64,000 bases of DNA from Clostridia bacterium (GTDB lineage: Bacteria; Bacillota; Clostridia; Oscillospirales; CAG-382), in assembly GCA_017397805.1 (NCBI GenBank), contig JAFQHW010000010.1, positions 2,069 through 66,068 on the forward strand, in the 5' to 3' direction. Every line of letters starts with the position of its first letter. Position 1 is the stretch's first letter. This document shows positions 29,567 to 38,904 of the stretch, one piece after another. Both the position numbers and the translations under genes were made by a program. Under the pieces are notes generated by a model. That model did no database searches, was not told the origin of the DNA, and saw nothing but the letters and a program-made list of their open reading frames with translations.

Positions 29567-29765
29567 GGTTAACAATAAAAAACGTATTGACAAATGATGA
29601 AAAGCGTGTTACTATAATCGTGTGGTCTATACACAATAGACCAAAAGGCGGAGCAAGCGCCGAGAAAAAACGCGGCTCAATCAAATAAGAACAAGCAAGC
29701 GGAAGGAGAAAACGAAAAGGGATGAATTAAAAATAGGGGTTGTAGAATCCCGTTTTGCGGATTTA

Positions 29766-30089
29766 GTGTGGAGCAACGAGCCATTAAGTTCAGGCAAGCT
29801 TGTGGAGATATGCAACAAGGAGCTTGGCTGGAAGAAGTCCTCCACCTACACCGTTCTAAAGAAACTCAGCTTGCGCGGAATCTTTTGCAATGACGGCGGC
29901 ATCGTGAAGGCGCTCATGACCCGTGACGAGTTTTACGGCATACAAAGCCGTCAGTTTGTTGACGAGAATTTTGATGGTTCGTTACCTTCGTTTATCGCCG
30001 CGTTTGCCGCGGGCAAAAAAATAAGCGAAGAGGAAAGCAAGCAGATAAAAAAGCTTGTTGACGAGCTTTGCGGAGATAACCATGATTAA
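29766..30089 (+). CDS. BlaI/MecI/CopY-family transcriptional repressor (N-terminus possibly frameshifted)
   Basis: wHTH plus C-terminal dimerisation helix. The similarity continues upstream in frame (ELKIGVVESRFADLVW) to about 29712 with no in-frame ATG. An out-of-frame ATG at 29722 sits behind a GGAAGGAG RBS. Confidence 0.7.
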   Translation: MWSNEPLSSGKLVEICNKELGWKKSSTYTVLKKLSLRGIFCNDGGIVKALMTRDEFYGIQSRQFVDENFDGSLPSFIAAFAAGKKISEEESKQIKKLVDELCGDNHD

Positions 30090-30315
30090 CGTATTTGAAG
30101 CGGTACTGCGGATGAGTGCCGCCGCCACCTGCGTTCGCATTGAAAACGGAGATGCCAACGGTGACGGACTTATAAACAGTATTGATGCGGCGTTTGTGCT
30201 CAGGTACGATGCGGGCATACTTCAAACCATTGCCGCAGGCGACGTATCCACGGACGGTGTTATAAACAGCATCGACGCGGCGTTGATACTTAAACACGAT
30301 GCGGGCATGTTCTGA
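30082..30315 (+). CDS. 77-aa protein: BlaR1-like N-terminal 16 residues fused to a single type I dockerin
   Basis: The ATG overlaps the blaI-like stop by 8 nt. MINVFEAVLRMSAAAT resembles M56/BlaR1 N-termini. Then GDANGDGLINSIDAAFVLRY...GDVSTDGVINSIDAALILKH. Confidence 0.55.
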   Translation: MINVFEAVLRMSAAATCVRIENGDANGDGLINSIDAAFVLRYDAGILQTIAAGDVSTDGVINSIDAALILKHDAGMF

Positions 30316-30433
30316 ACGGAGCGTCGATAAAGGTACAGACCACGTATTGATATTTCATTCACCCGAAGGCGTTGCATATTCACGTTTTTATGTTATAATA
30401 TCTATTAGATCTTATTAAACGGAGGTTTTACAA

Positions 30434-30781
30434 ATGGCAAAATTTCAAGATAAACTGATTGCTGACGGCTATTGCGATAATCGCGGTGCAGGTTTTTGCG
30501 CAAACGCTACTAGATTGCCCGAAGGTGAATACGGCATAGTGGCTCTTTGTGTAAACGGAAGCACGCTAAATCTGTTTGATGTGGATATAAGAAGCAATAT
30601 TGGTGAATTGTTGTATTCGGTGGATTTGAAGCAAATTGAAAACCTGAAGATTCGGGCAGGAATCTTCAGACAGGTATTGAAGTTTGAATATAACGGTTCT
30701 ACCTATTCTTTTACGAACTTTATCGGCGTAAAGCCTGCGTTGAAAGTGATTGAAGAAGAGGCAAGCAACCGAGGAGAGTAG
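30434..30781 (+). CDS. Hypothetical protein (possibly bacterial PH-like fold)
   Basis: 115-aa ORF with a GGAGG RBS. No motif that I recognise with confidence. Confidence 0.5.
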   Translation: MAKFQDKLIADGYCDNRGAGFCANATRLPEGEYGIVALCVNGSTLNLFDVDIRSNIGELLYSVDLKQIENLKIRAGIFRQVLKFEYNGSTYSFTNFIGVKPALKVIEEEASNRGE

Positions 30782-30784
30782 TGT

Positions 30785-30905
30785 TCTTTAGAACCCTGCT
30801 CGACGATATAAATCTCTTGCGGGATTTGCGATATGCCTGACGGCGTGATATGCGTTACACGCGCGATATGTTGCTTTACGGCATCGCGAAGCGATATGTT
30901 GCTGA
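30785..30905. repeat. GCGATAT/hairpin array, copy b
   Basis: ...cGATATAaatctcttgcgggattt-GCGATAT-gcctgacggc-GTGATAT-gcgttacacgc-GCGATAT-gttgctttacggcatc-GCGAAGCGATAT... Confidence 0.8.
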
Positions 30906-30943
30906 ATATTTTTACAATAATTAACAAGAAAGGGGTACAAATT

Positions 30944-31780
30944 ATGAAAAAGAGTATTATGGTACTTTTAGCTCTGCTCATGGGCTTAGGCGCTTTTAGC
31001 CTTACTGTATTTGCAGAGGAGACTGTTCTTGTGGGGGACGCCAGCTGTGACGGCATTGTTAACAGCTTGGATGCGGCGTTTATCCTTCGCCACGATGCAG
31101 AACTGATAACCCTTTCCGAAAACGGGCTGAAGAACGGTGACGTTAATTTTGACGGTATTGTTAACAGCTTGGACGCGGCACAGGTGCTCCGATATGATGC
31201 AGGTCTTTCTGACGGCTTTTTTGAAAATGAAGAGCCTGATGACACCCCCTGCGGCGATGCTTATCACGTTGTTTCAGATGGCGTGTGCACCGAATGCGGT
31301 TACACCGACAAAAGCCTTAAGGCTTTTTCCGCCGTTGCAAACTTTTTGGTTGGAGTCGCACCTCGCGAGGGCGACACAGGCCCCTACAGCATCAGCAAAA
31401 GAATGGACGATTCCTATAGTCAGTTCGTAGGATTTTCCTATGACCCCGATAGCAGTCCTTGCCGTCTGGAGATATTCTACTATAACGACGACTACAGACA
31501 AACCACCCTTACCTATATCTGCGGCAAGTCCTTGCTTGACGTAACGACCAAACGCATAATCGGAGATTCGAGAAGAGCAACCGCACTTATAAGCGTTGCG
31601 GATTTTAACGCCGATGACCCTAAGGTGATAGATTATACGTCTGAAGTAGCTGAGAATGCAGATGAAAATGAAAGGATTATGGCAGAGGATATCGTTATAG
31701 CGATAAAGGCTCTTGACAAGCTCCTGACTGACGACGATTTAGGATACACTTCCGCCGATTTTGGTTTTGTTGCGTTCTAA
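30944..31780 (+). CDS. Secreted dockerin-containing protein with uncharacterised C-terminal domain
   Basis: I prefer the start MKKSIMVLLALL (AAAGGGG RBS). A signal peptide is followed by the dockerin GDASCDGIVNSLDAAFILRH / GDVNFDGIVNSLDAAQVLRY, a CGD...CTECGY cysteine pair, and about 170 aa of unknown function. Confidence 0.7.
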   Translation: MKKSIMVLLALLMGLGAFSLTVFAEETVLVGDASCDGIVNSLDAAFILRHDAELITLSENGLKNGDVNFDGIVNSLDAAQVLRYDAGLSDGFFENEEPDDTPCGDAYHVVSDGVCTECGYTDKSLKAFSAVANFLVGVAPREGDTGPYSISKRMDDSYSQFVGFSYDPDSSPCRLEIFYYNDDYRQTTLTYICGKSLLDVTTKRIIGDSRRATALISVADFNADDPKVIDYTSEVAENADENERIMAEDIVIAIKALDKLLTDDDLGYTSADFGFVAF

Positions 31781-31794
31781 ATAGTATGGAGGCC

Positions 31795-31932
31795 ACCAAC
31801 GAAGCGATATAAATCCCCTATGAGCAGGGTTATTTAGAACCCTGCTCGGCGATATAAATCCCTTACGGGATTTGCGATATGCCTGAAGGCGCGATATGCG
31901 TTACACGCGCGCTATGTTGTCTTCGGCAACGA
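31795..31932. repeat. GCGATAT/hairpin array, copy c
   Basis: caacgaaGCGATAT-aaatcccc..gagcagggttatttagaaccctgctc-gGCGATAT-aaatcccttacgggattt-GCGATAT-gcctgaaggc-GCGATAT-gcgttacacgc-GCGCTAT-gttgtcttcggcaac. Confidence 0.8.
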
Positions 31933-31946
31933 GGTTTAGAAAATAT

Positions 31947-31983
31947 GAAAAAAGATGCACGATTTTTCGTGCATCTTTTTTTT
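31947..31983. terminator. Bidirectional rho-independent terminator
   Basis: A6, stem AAGATGCACG/CGTGCATCTT, then T8. Lies between convergent genes. Confidence 0.8.
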
Positions 31984-32008
31984 GCGGGGTGATTAGTTAT
32001 GTCTGACT

Positions 32009-32518
32009 TTACAGAACCAAGGAGGGAGCGCTGTAAACTCTTGCGGCTAATTCCTGGTTGAGCATATAAAGGCTCTTGGGGTCGGAGCCGAACAGCTCCA
32101 TCTTGGTGATCATGTCGTTGGCGTTGGTTTCTTCCTCACCCTGTTCCTTTACGAACCAGTCCAAAAACTGCATGGTGCGGAAATCTCTTACGTCGTAAGC
32201 GGCACCGTATATATCGTTGATAAGAGAGGTAACGTACTTCTCGTGCTCAAGTCCTGCCTTCAACGCGTCCATATGGCAAGTGATAACCTTATCCGGCTTG
32301 TCGATAGCTTCAAGAGTTACCTTCATGCTCTCGTTTTGCAGATACTTATAGAAAAGCATTGCGTGGTCTCTTTCTTCCTGTGCCTGTATCATATACCAAT
32401 TAGCAAAGCCGTCAAGTCCGGCATCCTCAAAATAGTTGGAGATATCCAAATACAAATATGCGGAATACAGCTCCTTGTTTATCTGCTGATTTAAAAGTTC
32501 GTGTACTTTCTTATCCAT
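32009..32518 (-). CDS. ftnA: Ferritin (non-haem)
   Basis: The start MDKKVHELLNQQINKELYSAYLYL has a GGGAGG RBS. Ferroxidase-site residues (E..Y, EE..H). Confidence 0.85.
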   Translation of the reverse strand: MDKKVHELLNQQINKELYSAYLYLDISNYFEDAGLDGFANWYMIQAQEERDHAMLFYKYLQNESMKVTLEAIDKPDKVITCHMDALKAGLEHEKYVTSLINDIYGAAYDVRDFRTMQFLDWFVKEQGEEETNANDMITKMELFGSDPKSLYMLNQELAARVYSAPSLVL

Positions 32519-32534
32519 TAGTAGATCCTCCCTT

Positions 32535-33083
32535 TTATTTGAAATAACGGTTGAGCAGACCTTCAAATGCTTTACCGTGGCGGGCTTCGTCACGTGCCAT
32601 TTCGTGAACGGTGTCGTGGATAGCGTCAAGACCTAAGTCTTTAGCCATCTTTGCCAACTCGAACTTACCCATGGTAGCACCGTTTTCAGCGGCTACGCGC
32701 ATCTCAAGGTTCTTCTTGGTGGAGTCGGTAAGCTCCTCGCCCAAAAGCTCTGCAAACTTTGCTGCGTGTTCTGCTTCTTCAAAAGCGGCTTTTTCCCAGT
32801 AAAGACCTATTTCGGGGTAGCCTTCGCGGTGTGCCACTCTTGCCATGGCAAGATACATACCTACCTCAGAGCATTCACCCATAAAGTTAGCGCGAAGTCC
32901 TTCGATAATAGCTTCGGGAGCGCCCTTGGCAACGCCCAAAACGTGTTCAGCCGCCCAAGAAAGCTTTTCAGCCACTACTTCTTCAAATTTGTCGTCACCC
33001 ATAACCTTGCAGCGGGGGCACTGGTGGGGGATAACGTCGCTCGTTATAATTTCACCGCATACTTTGCATCTGTACTGTTTCAT
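32535..33083 (-). CDS. Reverse rubrerythrin (N-terminal rubredoxin-like CxxC...CxxC plus di-iron four-helix bundle)
   Basis: [13 protein letters not shown]...CPRCK, then the ExxH motifs EEAEHAAKF and DEARHGKAF. Confidence 0.85.
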   Translation of the reverse strand: MKQYRCKVCGEIITSDVIPHQCPRCKVMGDDKFEEVVAEKLSWAAEHVLGVAKGAPEAIIEGLRANFMGECSEVGMYLAMARVAHREGYPEIGLYWEKAAFEEAEHAAKFAELLGEELTDSTKKNLEMRVAAENGATMGKFELAKMAKDLGLDAIHDTVHEMARDEARHGKAFEGLLNRYFK

Positions 33084-33106
33084 TTTTTTCCTCCTAAAAA
33101 TATGAT

Positions 33107-33547
33107 TTATTTTATAATATTTATAAGCTCGTTTACGGGTATTGCGCCGTCGGTCATCTGACCTATGGTAAGCTTATCCAGCTTTTCCGTTATCATGCCG
33201 TTTAAAGCGGCAAAAACCTTGTGGAAACGGCAACGCTCCTTATCGGGGCTGTTGGTGCATATATGCTCCTCACATAAGCAGTGGCGGATGGCTATCGTGC
33301 CGTCGATGGCTTCAATAACCCTTCTTAGGCTCAGCTCCTCGGAAGGGAGCGACAAGTTGTAACCGCCGTTTATCCCTCTTGCGGAGTGAACTATGCCGCT
33401 TTGCCCCAGCTTCCGCAGGATTTTTACGGCAAACCTGGCGGGGACCTTAACCTTTTCCGCCAGCAGGGGAGCGCCTATAGGCTTTTCGCTTTTGGCAAGT
33501 ACGCTTACTATCCGCAGTGCGTAATCTGCTTCTTGAGTGATTCTCAT
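33107..33547 (-). CDS. Rrf2-family transcriptional regulator
   Basis: Start [19 protein letters not shown] (GGAGAG RBS). wHTH plus a C-terminal Cys cluster [17 protein letters not shown]. Confidence 0.85.
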   Translation of the reverse strand: MRITQEADYALRIVSVLAKSEKPIGAPLLAEKVKVPARFAVKILRKLGQSGIVHSARGINGGYNLSLPSEELSLRRVIEAIDGTIAIRHCLCEEHICTNSPDKERCRFHKVFAALNGMITEKLDKLTIGQMTDGAIPVNELINIIK

Positions 33548-33593
33548 AAGCTCTCCTAAAACAATACCTTTTTGGTGCGGTTTTATTCTACAA

Positions 33594-33623
33594 TAAAAAA
33601 ACCTATTTGTCAATAGGTTTTTT
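33594..33623. terminator. Rho-independent terminator
   Basis: A8, stem ACCTATT/AATAGGT, then T6. Confidence 0.65.
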
Positions 33624-33657
33624 AAAAAATTTTTCACTTTTTTATAAATGCCGAATT

Positions 33658-34665
33658 TTACTTGAATATTACGTGCTTTTGCACATAAAAATTAACGAAG
33701 AACAGCAAAACGTCTATGGGTAGCTTGATAATCGCTTCGTTTGCGCCTAAATAATCGGTGGAAAACATAATAAGCATAGATCCGATGGACATGGTACACA
33801 CCGACAGCATATAATAGGCGGCTGTGGTGCGCCAATCGGGCTTTGCCTTGAACACTATGCGCTTTGAGAGCTGGTAGTTCACCACCACGCTTATTATCTT
33901 GCCTATCAGATAGGCTATCGCCGGGTCAACCATCGTCCACGCCAACAGCGCCAAGTATATGATATAGTCAAGCAAGGTACAAAGCAGTGAAGAAACCGTA
34001 TGCTTTATAACCTGCCCGAAAACTATAAGACTGTCTCTTATGGGATGGAAATGGGATGACGGGTTCCCTTCCTCGTATATGGTATCGATAACCGTTTGAA
34101 TAACGGGGATTTCCCATTCCTTGAGATTGAGCAGAACGTTCATCTCGTATTCGTAGCGGTTACCGTCTGCGGTAACTAATTTATCCGCGGTTTTGTGGGA
34201 AAAACCTCTAAGCCCCGTTTGGGTATCCAGTATTTTGTTATGGGTCACCAAATGGAAGCAACCTCTGGTCATGGTGTTGCCGAAGCGGCTTCTGAGGGGC
34301 ATTTGGCTGAAATCACGCACACCCAAAACCATAGCGTCCGTATTTTCCTCAGCTAATTCCGCCACGGCTACTATATCCTTAAGGCTGTGCTGACCGTCGG
34401 CATCCGCGGTAACAGCCACCCAATTATCGCCCCGCTTGATAAGGTAATTGATAGCGGTTTTAAGGGCGGCACCCTTGCCCTTGTTAACGTCGTGGCTTAT
34501 CACCGTTGCCCCCAACTCCGCCGCCTTTATAAAAAGGGGGGCGCATTCCTTGGGACTGCCGTCGTTAACCGTAAGAACTTCAAATCTATCGGTAAGCTTC
34601 TCGATCAGCTCTATGTATTTATTATCGGGTTTGTATGCGGGGATAATCACAACGGTTTTCGCCAT
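33658..34665 (-). CDS. GT2 glycosyltransferase fused to a GtrA-like membrane domain
   Basis: 335 aa. VVIIPAYKP...TADADGQH (polyprenyl-phosphate glycosyltransferase-like) followed by four TM helices of GtrA type. Confidence 0.75.
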   Translation of the reverse strand: MAKTVVIIPAYKPDNKYIELIEKLTDRFEVLTVNDGSPKECAPLFIKAAELGATVISHDVNKGKGAALKTAINYLIKRGDNWVAVTADADGQHSLKDIVAVAELAEENTDAMVLGVRDFSQMPLRSRFGNTMTRGCFHLVTHNKILDTQTGLRGFSHKTADKLVTADGNRYEYEMNVLLNLKEWEIPVIQTVIDTIYEEGNPSSHFHPIRDSLIVFGQVIKHTVSSLLCTLLDYIIYLALLAWTMVDPAIAYLIGKIISVVVNYQLSKRIVFKAKPDWRTTAAYYMLSVCTMSIGSMLIMFSTDYLGANEAIIKLPIDVLLFFVNFYVQKHVIFK

Positions 34666-34704
34666 TATGCCTACTCTCCTCGTTTATCGTATGTGCAGAT
34701 TATA

Positions 34705-35337
34705 TCACAGTATGCACTTAAAATCAAGAGCATTAAAGGGGCAAACTGAGCATCTCGGCTTTTTTGCGGAGCAATATTCCCTGCCGAAAAGCACCATCCT
34801 ATGGCAGAAGTCGCTTTGCTCCTCCTTGGGGATAAGCTTATCTAACTGACGCTCCACCTCTATGGGTGTGGTCTTGTTGACCAACCCAAGCCTTGCGGAG
34901 ATGCGGATGCAGTGGGTGTCAGCCACTATGCCGCCAAGGCCGAAAAGGTCACCGCGCACCAAATTTGCCACCTTGCGGCCTACACCGTCAAGGCTTAAAA
35001 GCTCCTTCATTTCTTGGGGAATCTCGCCGCCGTAGGCTTCGCAAAGCCTTACTGCCGCACCCTTTATGTTTTTCGCCTTACTGCGGTACAAGCCTACGGA
35101 GTGGATTATACGCTCCAAATCCTCAATTTCCGCCTTTGCCATGGATTTTGCCGTAGGATAAGCCTCGAAAAGCTCCCGGCTTACTATGTTCACCCGCGCA
35201 TCGGTACACTGTGCAGACAGAATCGCCATTATAAGCAGACGGAAGGGGTCATTACCGTGGTCAAGGGAGCACACCGCCTCCGGATACAGATTTTTTAAAA
35301 CCTCCACGGCATTAACGGCTTTTTGTTTTTTAGTCAT
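34705..35337 (-). CDS. nth: Endonuclease III
   Basis: Start MTKKQKAV. Motifs LIMAILSAQCTD, HhH-GPD (LDGVGRKVANLV) and a C-terminal 4Fe-4S CysX6CysX2CysX5Cys. Confidence 0.9.
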   Translation of the reverse strand: MTKKQKAVNAVEVLKNLYPEAVCSLDHGNDPFRLLIMAILSAQCTDARVNIVSRELFEAYPTAKSMAKAEIEDLERIIHSVGLYRSKAKNIKGAAVRLCEAYGGEIPQEMKELLSLDGVGRKVANLVRGDLFGLGGIVADTHCIRISARLGLVNKTTPIEVERQLDKLIPKEEQSDFCHRMVLFGREYCSAKKPRCSVCPFNALDFKCIL

Positions 35338-35350
35338 GTTAATTTGCAAC

Positions 35351-35890
35351 CTATTCGTCAAAAATAAAATTGATGTCGCCGGAAAGCAATGCCATGGCGC
35401 CCTTGTAGATAATATCGGCGCGCTCGTTAAAATTCGCCTGCATCTGCTTGGCATAGTCCTCGTCGGTAACGTAGGTGTCCAACCTCAGCAAGGTCTTTTC
35501 CTTGTCAGTTATGGAAGCGGAAAGCATATACCCTCTGTCGCAAGGGCTGACCTCACAGTTTATGCGGTTGCCGCCTCGTTTAAGGGCGATAAGCCGTTGG
35601 GCAGAGCGCAAGGCTTTTTCCTTTACACCTGCGTACAAGGCGCTTTCCACCTCGTCAACGGAAAGTATGCCTTCCTCAGATATGGCGTAAAGCTTCTCGC
35701 CGTTTTCCTCCACCTCTTCTACCTGGCGCGACTCCAACAAATCGGAAAAGCAAACCGAAAAATCAAAGTAGTTTACGAAGGCATCCTGAACCACTACCTC
35801 GCCTATGGTGGTTATATCCAAGGCCTCGCCTATATTCTTGAGAAGATATAATATAAAAACCTTTATTTCAAATTTATTGGTAAGCTCCAT
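35351..35890 (-). CDS. DUF4364-like hypothetical protein
   Basis: 179 aa. The N-terminus KVFILYLLKNIGEALDITTIGEVV resembles the clostridial DUF4364 family. This is a by-eye assignment. Confidence 0.5.
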   Translation of the reverse strand: MELTNKFEIKVFILYLLKNIGEALDITTIGEVVVQDAFVNYFDFSVCFSDLLESRQVEEVEENGEKLYAISEEGILSVDEVESALYAGVKEKALRSAQRLIALKRGGNRINCEVSPCDRGYMLSASITDKEKTLLRLDTYVTDEDYAKQMQANFNERADIIYKGAMALLSGDINFIFDE

Positions 35891-35968
35891 GGGACGCCTT
35901 TTCCCCCTTTAATTCCATCGTATTTGTATTATATAACAAAAAAACTTTATTTTCAATAGGAAAAGTAG

Positions 35969-35997
35969 TTGAAAAATACTTATTTCTATTGTATAAT
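35969..35997 (+). promoter_or_regulatory. sigma-A type promoter of rnf operon
   Basis: TTGAAA, 17-nt spacer, TATAAT. Confidence 0.65.
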
Positions 35998-36026
35998 GTA
36001 GTTAATTTATTTAGGAAGGTGATACC

Positions 36027-37352
36027 GTGGCTTATACTTTTCTCGGTGGGATACACTTAAAAGAAAATAAAAACACCGCCCACATGAAGGCAGAGCTTTT
36101 TACGGACGTAGCTTTCGTTGCCATCCCCATGCAACAGCATATCGGCGCACCCTGTAAGCCCATAGTTGAGGTGGGTGACACGGTTACCGTGGGCCAGTGC
36201 ATCGGTGAGAATAACGAAGCGCTGTGTTGCAACGTGCATTCCAGCGTTTCGGGCAAGGTAACTGCGTTGGAACCGAGAAGGGTTGCCAACGGTGCGTCCG
36301 TTATCCACGCGGTTATCGAAAACGATATGCAATATACGGTGTGCCCCGACCTGAAGCCGGTTTCCAAGCCTTTGGAGGAGCTGACGGCGGAGGAGGTAAT
36401 CTCTGCGGTTCGCAGTGCCGGCGTTGTGGGTATGGGCGGCGCAACCTTCCCCGCTTATGCCAAGATACAGTCGGCGTTGGGCAAGGTCAAGCACCTTATA
36501 ATAAACTGCGCGGAGTGTGAGCCGTATATTACCGCTAACCACCGTTTGCTTTTGGAACAGCCTGAGGCGGTGATCAAGGGCATAAAAATATTGATCCACA
36601 CCTTCGGTGTCCGTAAGGCGACGATAGCCATAGAGGATAACAAGGAAAACGCAATAGAGCTTTTGGAGCAGAAAATAACCGACAAGGCTTTAATAGACAT
36701 AAAAGTGATGAAGACCAAATACCCGCAAGGTGACGAAAGGCAGATAATCTACGCCCTTTACGGTAAGGAGATACCTGCAGGTAAGCTTCCTGCCGATGTG
36801 GGCTGTGTGCTTTTCAACCCGGAAACGGTGGCATCCATATACAGGGCGCTGTCATCGGGTATGCCCGTGGTGCAAAAGCGCATCACCGTGGACGGTGACT
36901 GTATTAAAAAGCCCTGCAACCTAATCGTGCCCATAGGCACCTCCTTTAAGGATATTGCCGACCGTTGCGGCGGTCTTAAAAAGCGTTTTGCAAGGCTTAT
37001 TACGGGCGGGCCCATGATGGGGCAAAGCCAATGGAGCCTTGACGCACCCGTAACCAAGGGTACGGGAGCTTTGCTTTTCTTCAGCGAAACGAAGGAAGAG
37101 ATAGGTCAGTGCATACGTTGCGGAAAATGCGTAAGAGCGTGCCAGATGCATCTTATGCCCGCGTTGCTTGCGGCTTATTCCGAAAAAGGAAAGTATGAAG
37201 AGTGCGAACGGCTTGGGGTGATGAGCTGTGTGGAGTGCGGATGTTGCACCTACGTTTGCCCCGGCAAGGTTCCCATAGTTCAATATATTCGTAACTCAAA
37301 AGGTGCTATAAACGAACAGAAGCGCCTTCTTCAGCAGAAAGGGGGAAATTGA
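36027..37352 (+). CDS. rnfC: Rnf electron transport complex subunit C
   Basis: 441 aa, GTG start. Motifs GMGGATFP and two 4Fe-4S sites CIRCGKCVRAC / CVECGCCTYVCP. Confidence 0.93.
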   Translation: MAYTFLGGIHLKENKNTAHMKAELFTDVAFVAIPMQQHIGAPCKPIVEVGDTVTVGQCIGENNEALCCNVHSSVSGKVTALEPRRVANGASVIHAVIENDMQYTVCPDLKPVSKPLEELTAEEVISAVRSAGVVGMGGATFPAYAKIQSALGKVKHLIINCAECEPYITANHRLLLEQPEAVIKGIKILIHTFGVRKATIAIEDNKENAIELLEQKITDKALIDIKVMKTKYPQGDERQIIYALYGKEIPAGKLPADVGCVLFNPETVASIYRALSSGMPVVQKRITVDGDCIKKPCNLIVPIGTSFKDIADRCGGLKKRFARLITGGPMMGQSQWSLDAPVTKGTGALLFFSETKEEIGQCIRCGKCVRACQMHLMPALLAAYSEKGKYEECERLGVMSCVECGCCTYVCPGKVPIVQYIRNSKGAINEQKRLLQQKGGN

Positions 37353-37355
37353 TAA

Positions 37356-38342
37356 GTGAAGCTTTTAAAGGTCAGTCCTTCTCCCCACGTTCGCAGCAGC
37401 GAAAGCACCGCTTCCGTAATGCGTGACGTTATTATCGCTCTTTCCCCTGCCCTCATCTGGGGTGTTTACGCTTTCGGGTTCAGGGCGCTTACCATAACCC
37501 TTATATCAATTTTTTCCTGCGTTGTGTCCGAGTCTTTGTTTTGCTACGCAACTCACAGAAAACAGAGCGTAAAGGATCTTTCCGCAGTGGTTACGGGCAT
37601 TATCCTTGCATTCAACCTGCCCGTTTCCGTTCCCTTGTGGCTACCCGCCGTGGGCGGCGTGTTTGCCATAGTTATAGTTAAAATGCTTTTCGGCGGCATC
37701 GGCAAGAACTTTTTAAATCCTGCCTTAGCGGCAAGAGTGTTTTTGTTCCTGTCCTTCCCCAACCTTATGGCAAACTGCTTCGTTTCTCCCGAGGCGAATA
37801 AGCTTTCCCCCTTGGCTCTCAGCCCGTCCATAGACGGCGTAAGCTCTGCCACCCCTCTTACCGTGCTGGAGGACGGTGTGGACGTGAGCGTGCGCGTTGA
37901 TATGTTTTACGGCAATATCGGTGGCTGTATAGGCGAGGTTTCAAAACTTTGTTTGCTTATCGGCTTTTTGTACTTGCTTTTCCGCAAGGTTATCACTTGG
38001 CATATCCCCGTAGCGTACCTGGGTGTGTTCTTCCTTTTGGCTTTTTGCTTCCCTCAAGGGGACGACGAGGCAATGAGCTTTGCTCTTACCAGCCTTCTTT
38101 CCGGCGGCGTTATTTTAGGTGCCGTATTTATGGCAACGGATTATTCCACCAGCCCTCTTACTGCATCGGGTAAGCTTATATTCGGTGCGCTTTGCGGCGG
38201 ACTGACCATTTTCTTCCGCTACTTCAGCAGTTATCCCGAAGGGGCAAGCTTTGCAATACTTATAATGAACACCTTCGTTTATTATATAGACCGTATCACC
38301 AAGCCCGTTAAGTTTGGAGGTGGCAAGCATGCAGGAAAATAA
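37356..38342 (+). CDS. rnfD: Rnf complex subunit D
   Basis: 328 aa polytopic protein. Includes the FMN-attachment-type SGAT-like motif (VSSATPL). Confidence 0.9.
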   Translation: MKLLKVSPSPHVRSSESTASVMRDVIIALSPALIWGVYAFGFRALTITLISIFSCVVSESLFCYATHRKQSVKDLSAVVTGIILAFNLPVSVPLWLPAVGGVFAIVIVKMLFGGIGKNFLNPALAARVFLFLSFPNLMANCFVSPEANKLSPLALSPSIDGVSSATPLTVLEDGVDVSVRVDMFYGNIGGCIGEVSKLCLLIGFLYLLFRKVITWHIPVAYLGVFFLLAFCFPQGDDEAMSFALTSLLSGGVILGAVFMATDYSTSPLTASGKLIFGALCGGLTIFFRYFSSYPEGASFAILIMNTFVYYIDRITKPVKFGGGKHAGK

Positions 38343-38904
38343 AAAAGGCAACGTAGGCTTTTCAGCCGTGTCCTTGCTTCTTATATCCGGCTTTATCGCT
38401 TGCCTCGTGGCGCTTGTTAACAGTATCACCGCGCCCGTTATCGCCGAACACGGTGTGGAAAGCTTAAAGGAAAACATCGCCTTGATTTTTGCGGGCAGTG
38501 AGGATTTTGACGATATAACGGGCACCGTGACCGAAACGAGCGGTGTGGAAGCCATTTATAAGGTGAAAAGCGCAACCGGCGGTGAGGACAACTATTGCGT
38601 TCATACCTCTACGGCAGGCTACGGTGGTGCGGTGGAGCTTTTGGTTGGCTTTAACTGCGACGGGCAGATCGCGGGTGTTGCAGTGCTTAGCGCCGACAGC
38701 GAAACCCCCGGTGTAGGTCAAAAGATTACGGAAAAACAGTTCCTTAACGGGTTTAAGGGACTAAGCTATAACGATGAGGGAGCCAAGGTGGACGGTGTTA
38801 CCGGTGCTACCGTAAGCTCTAAGGCGGCGCTTTCGGGTGTGAACAGCGCTTGCGTGGCGATAGACAAAATACTTAACGGCGAGGAAGAGGAGGTGTCGGC
38901 ATGA
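38329..38904 (+). CDS. rnfG: Rnf complex subunit G
   Basis: ATG at 38329 with a GGAGG RBS (the track start 38314 is a TTG). FMN-binding motif GVTGATVSS. Confidence 0.9.
   Translation: MQENKKGNVGFSAVSLLLISGFIACLVALVNSITAPVIAEHGVESLKENIALIFAGSEDFDDITGTVTETSGVEAIYKVKSATGGEDNYCVHTSTAGYGGAVELLVGFNCDGQIAGVAVLSADSETPGVGQKITEKQFLNGFKGLSYNDEGAKVDGVTGATVSSKAALSGVNSACVAIDKILNGEEEEVSA

Noticed and set aside
29402-31932. Heptamer/hairpin arrays considered as a CRISPR array, or as integron attC sites (a CALIN-like cassette array).
   Set aside because: The repeat unit is only 7 nt and the intervening segments are themselves palindromes of 10-25 nt, so this is not a CRISPR array, and no cas genes are present. 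The attC idea has no support because I see no R'/R'' GTTRRRY-type core sites and there is no integrase. It remains a loose analogy only.
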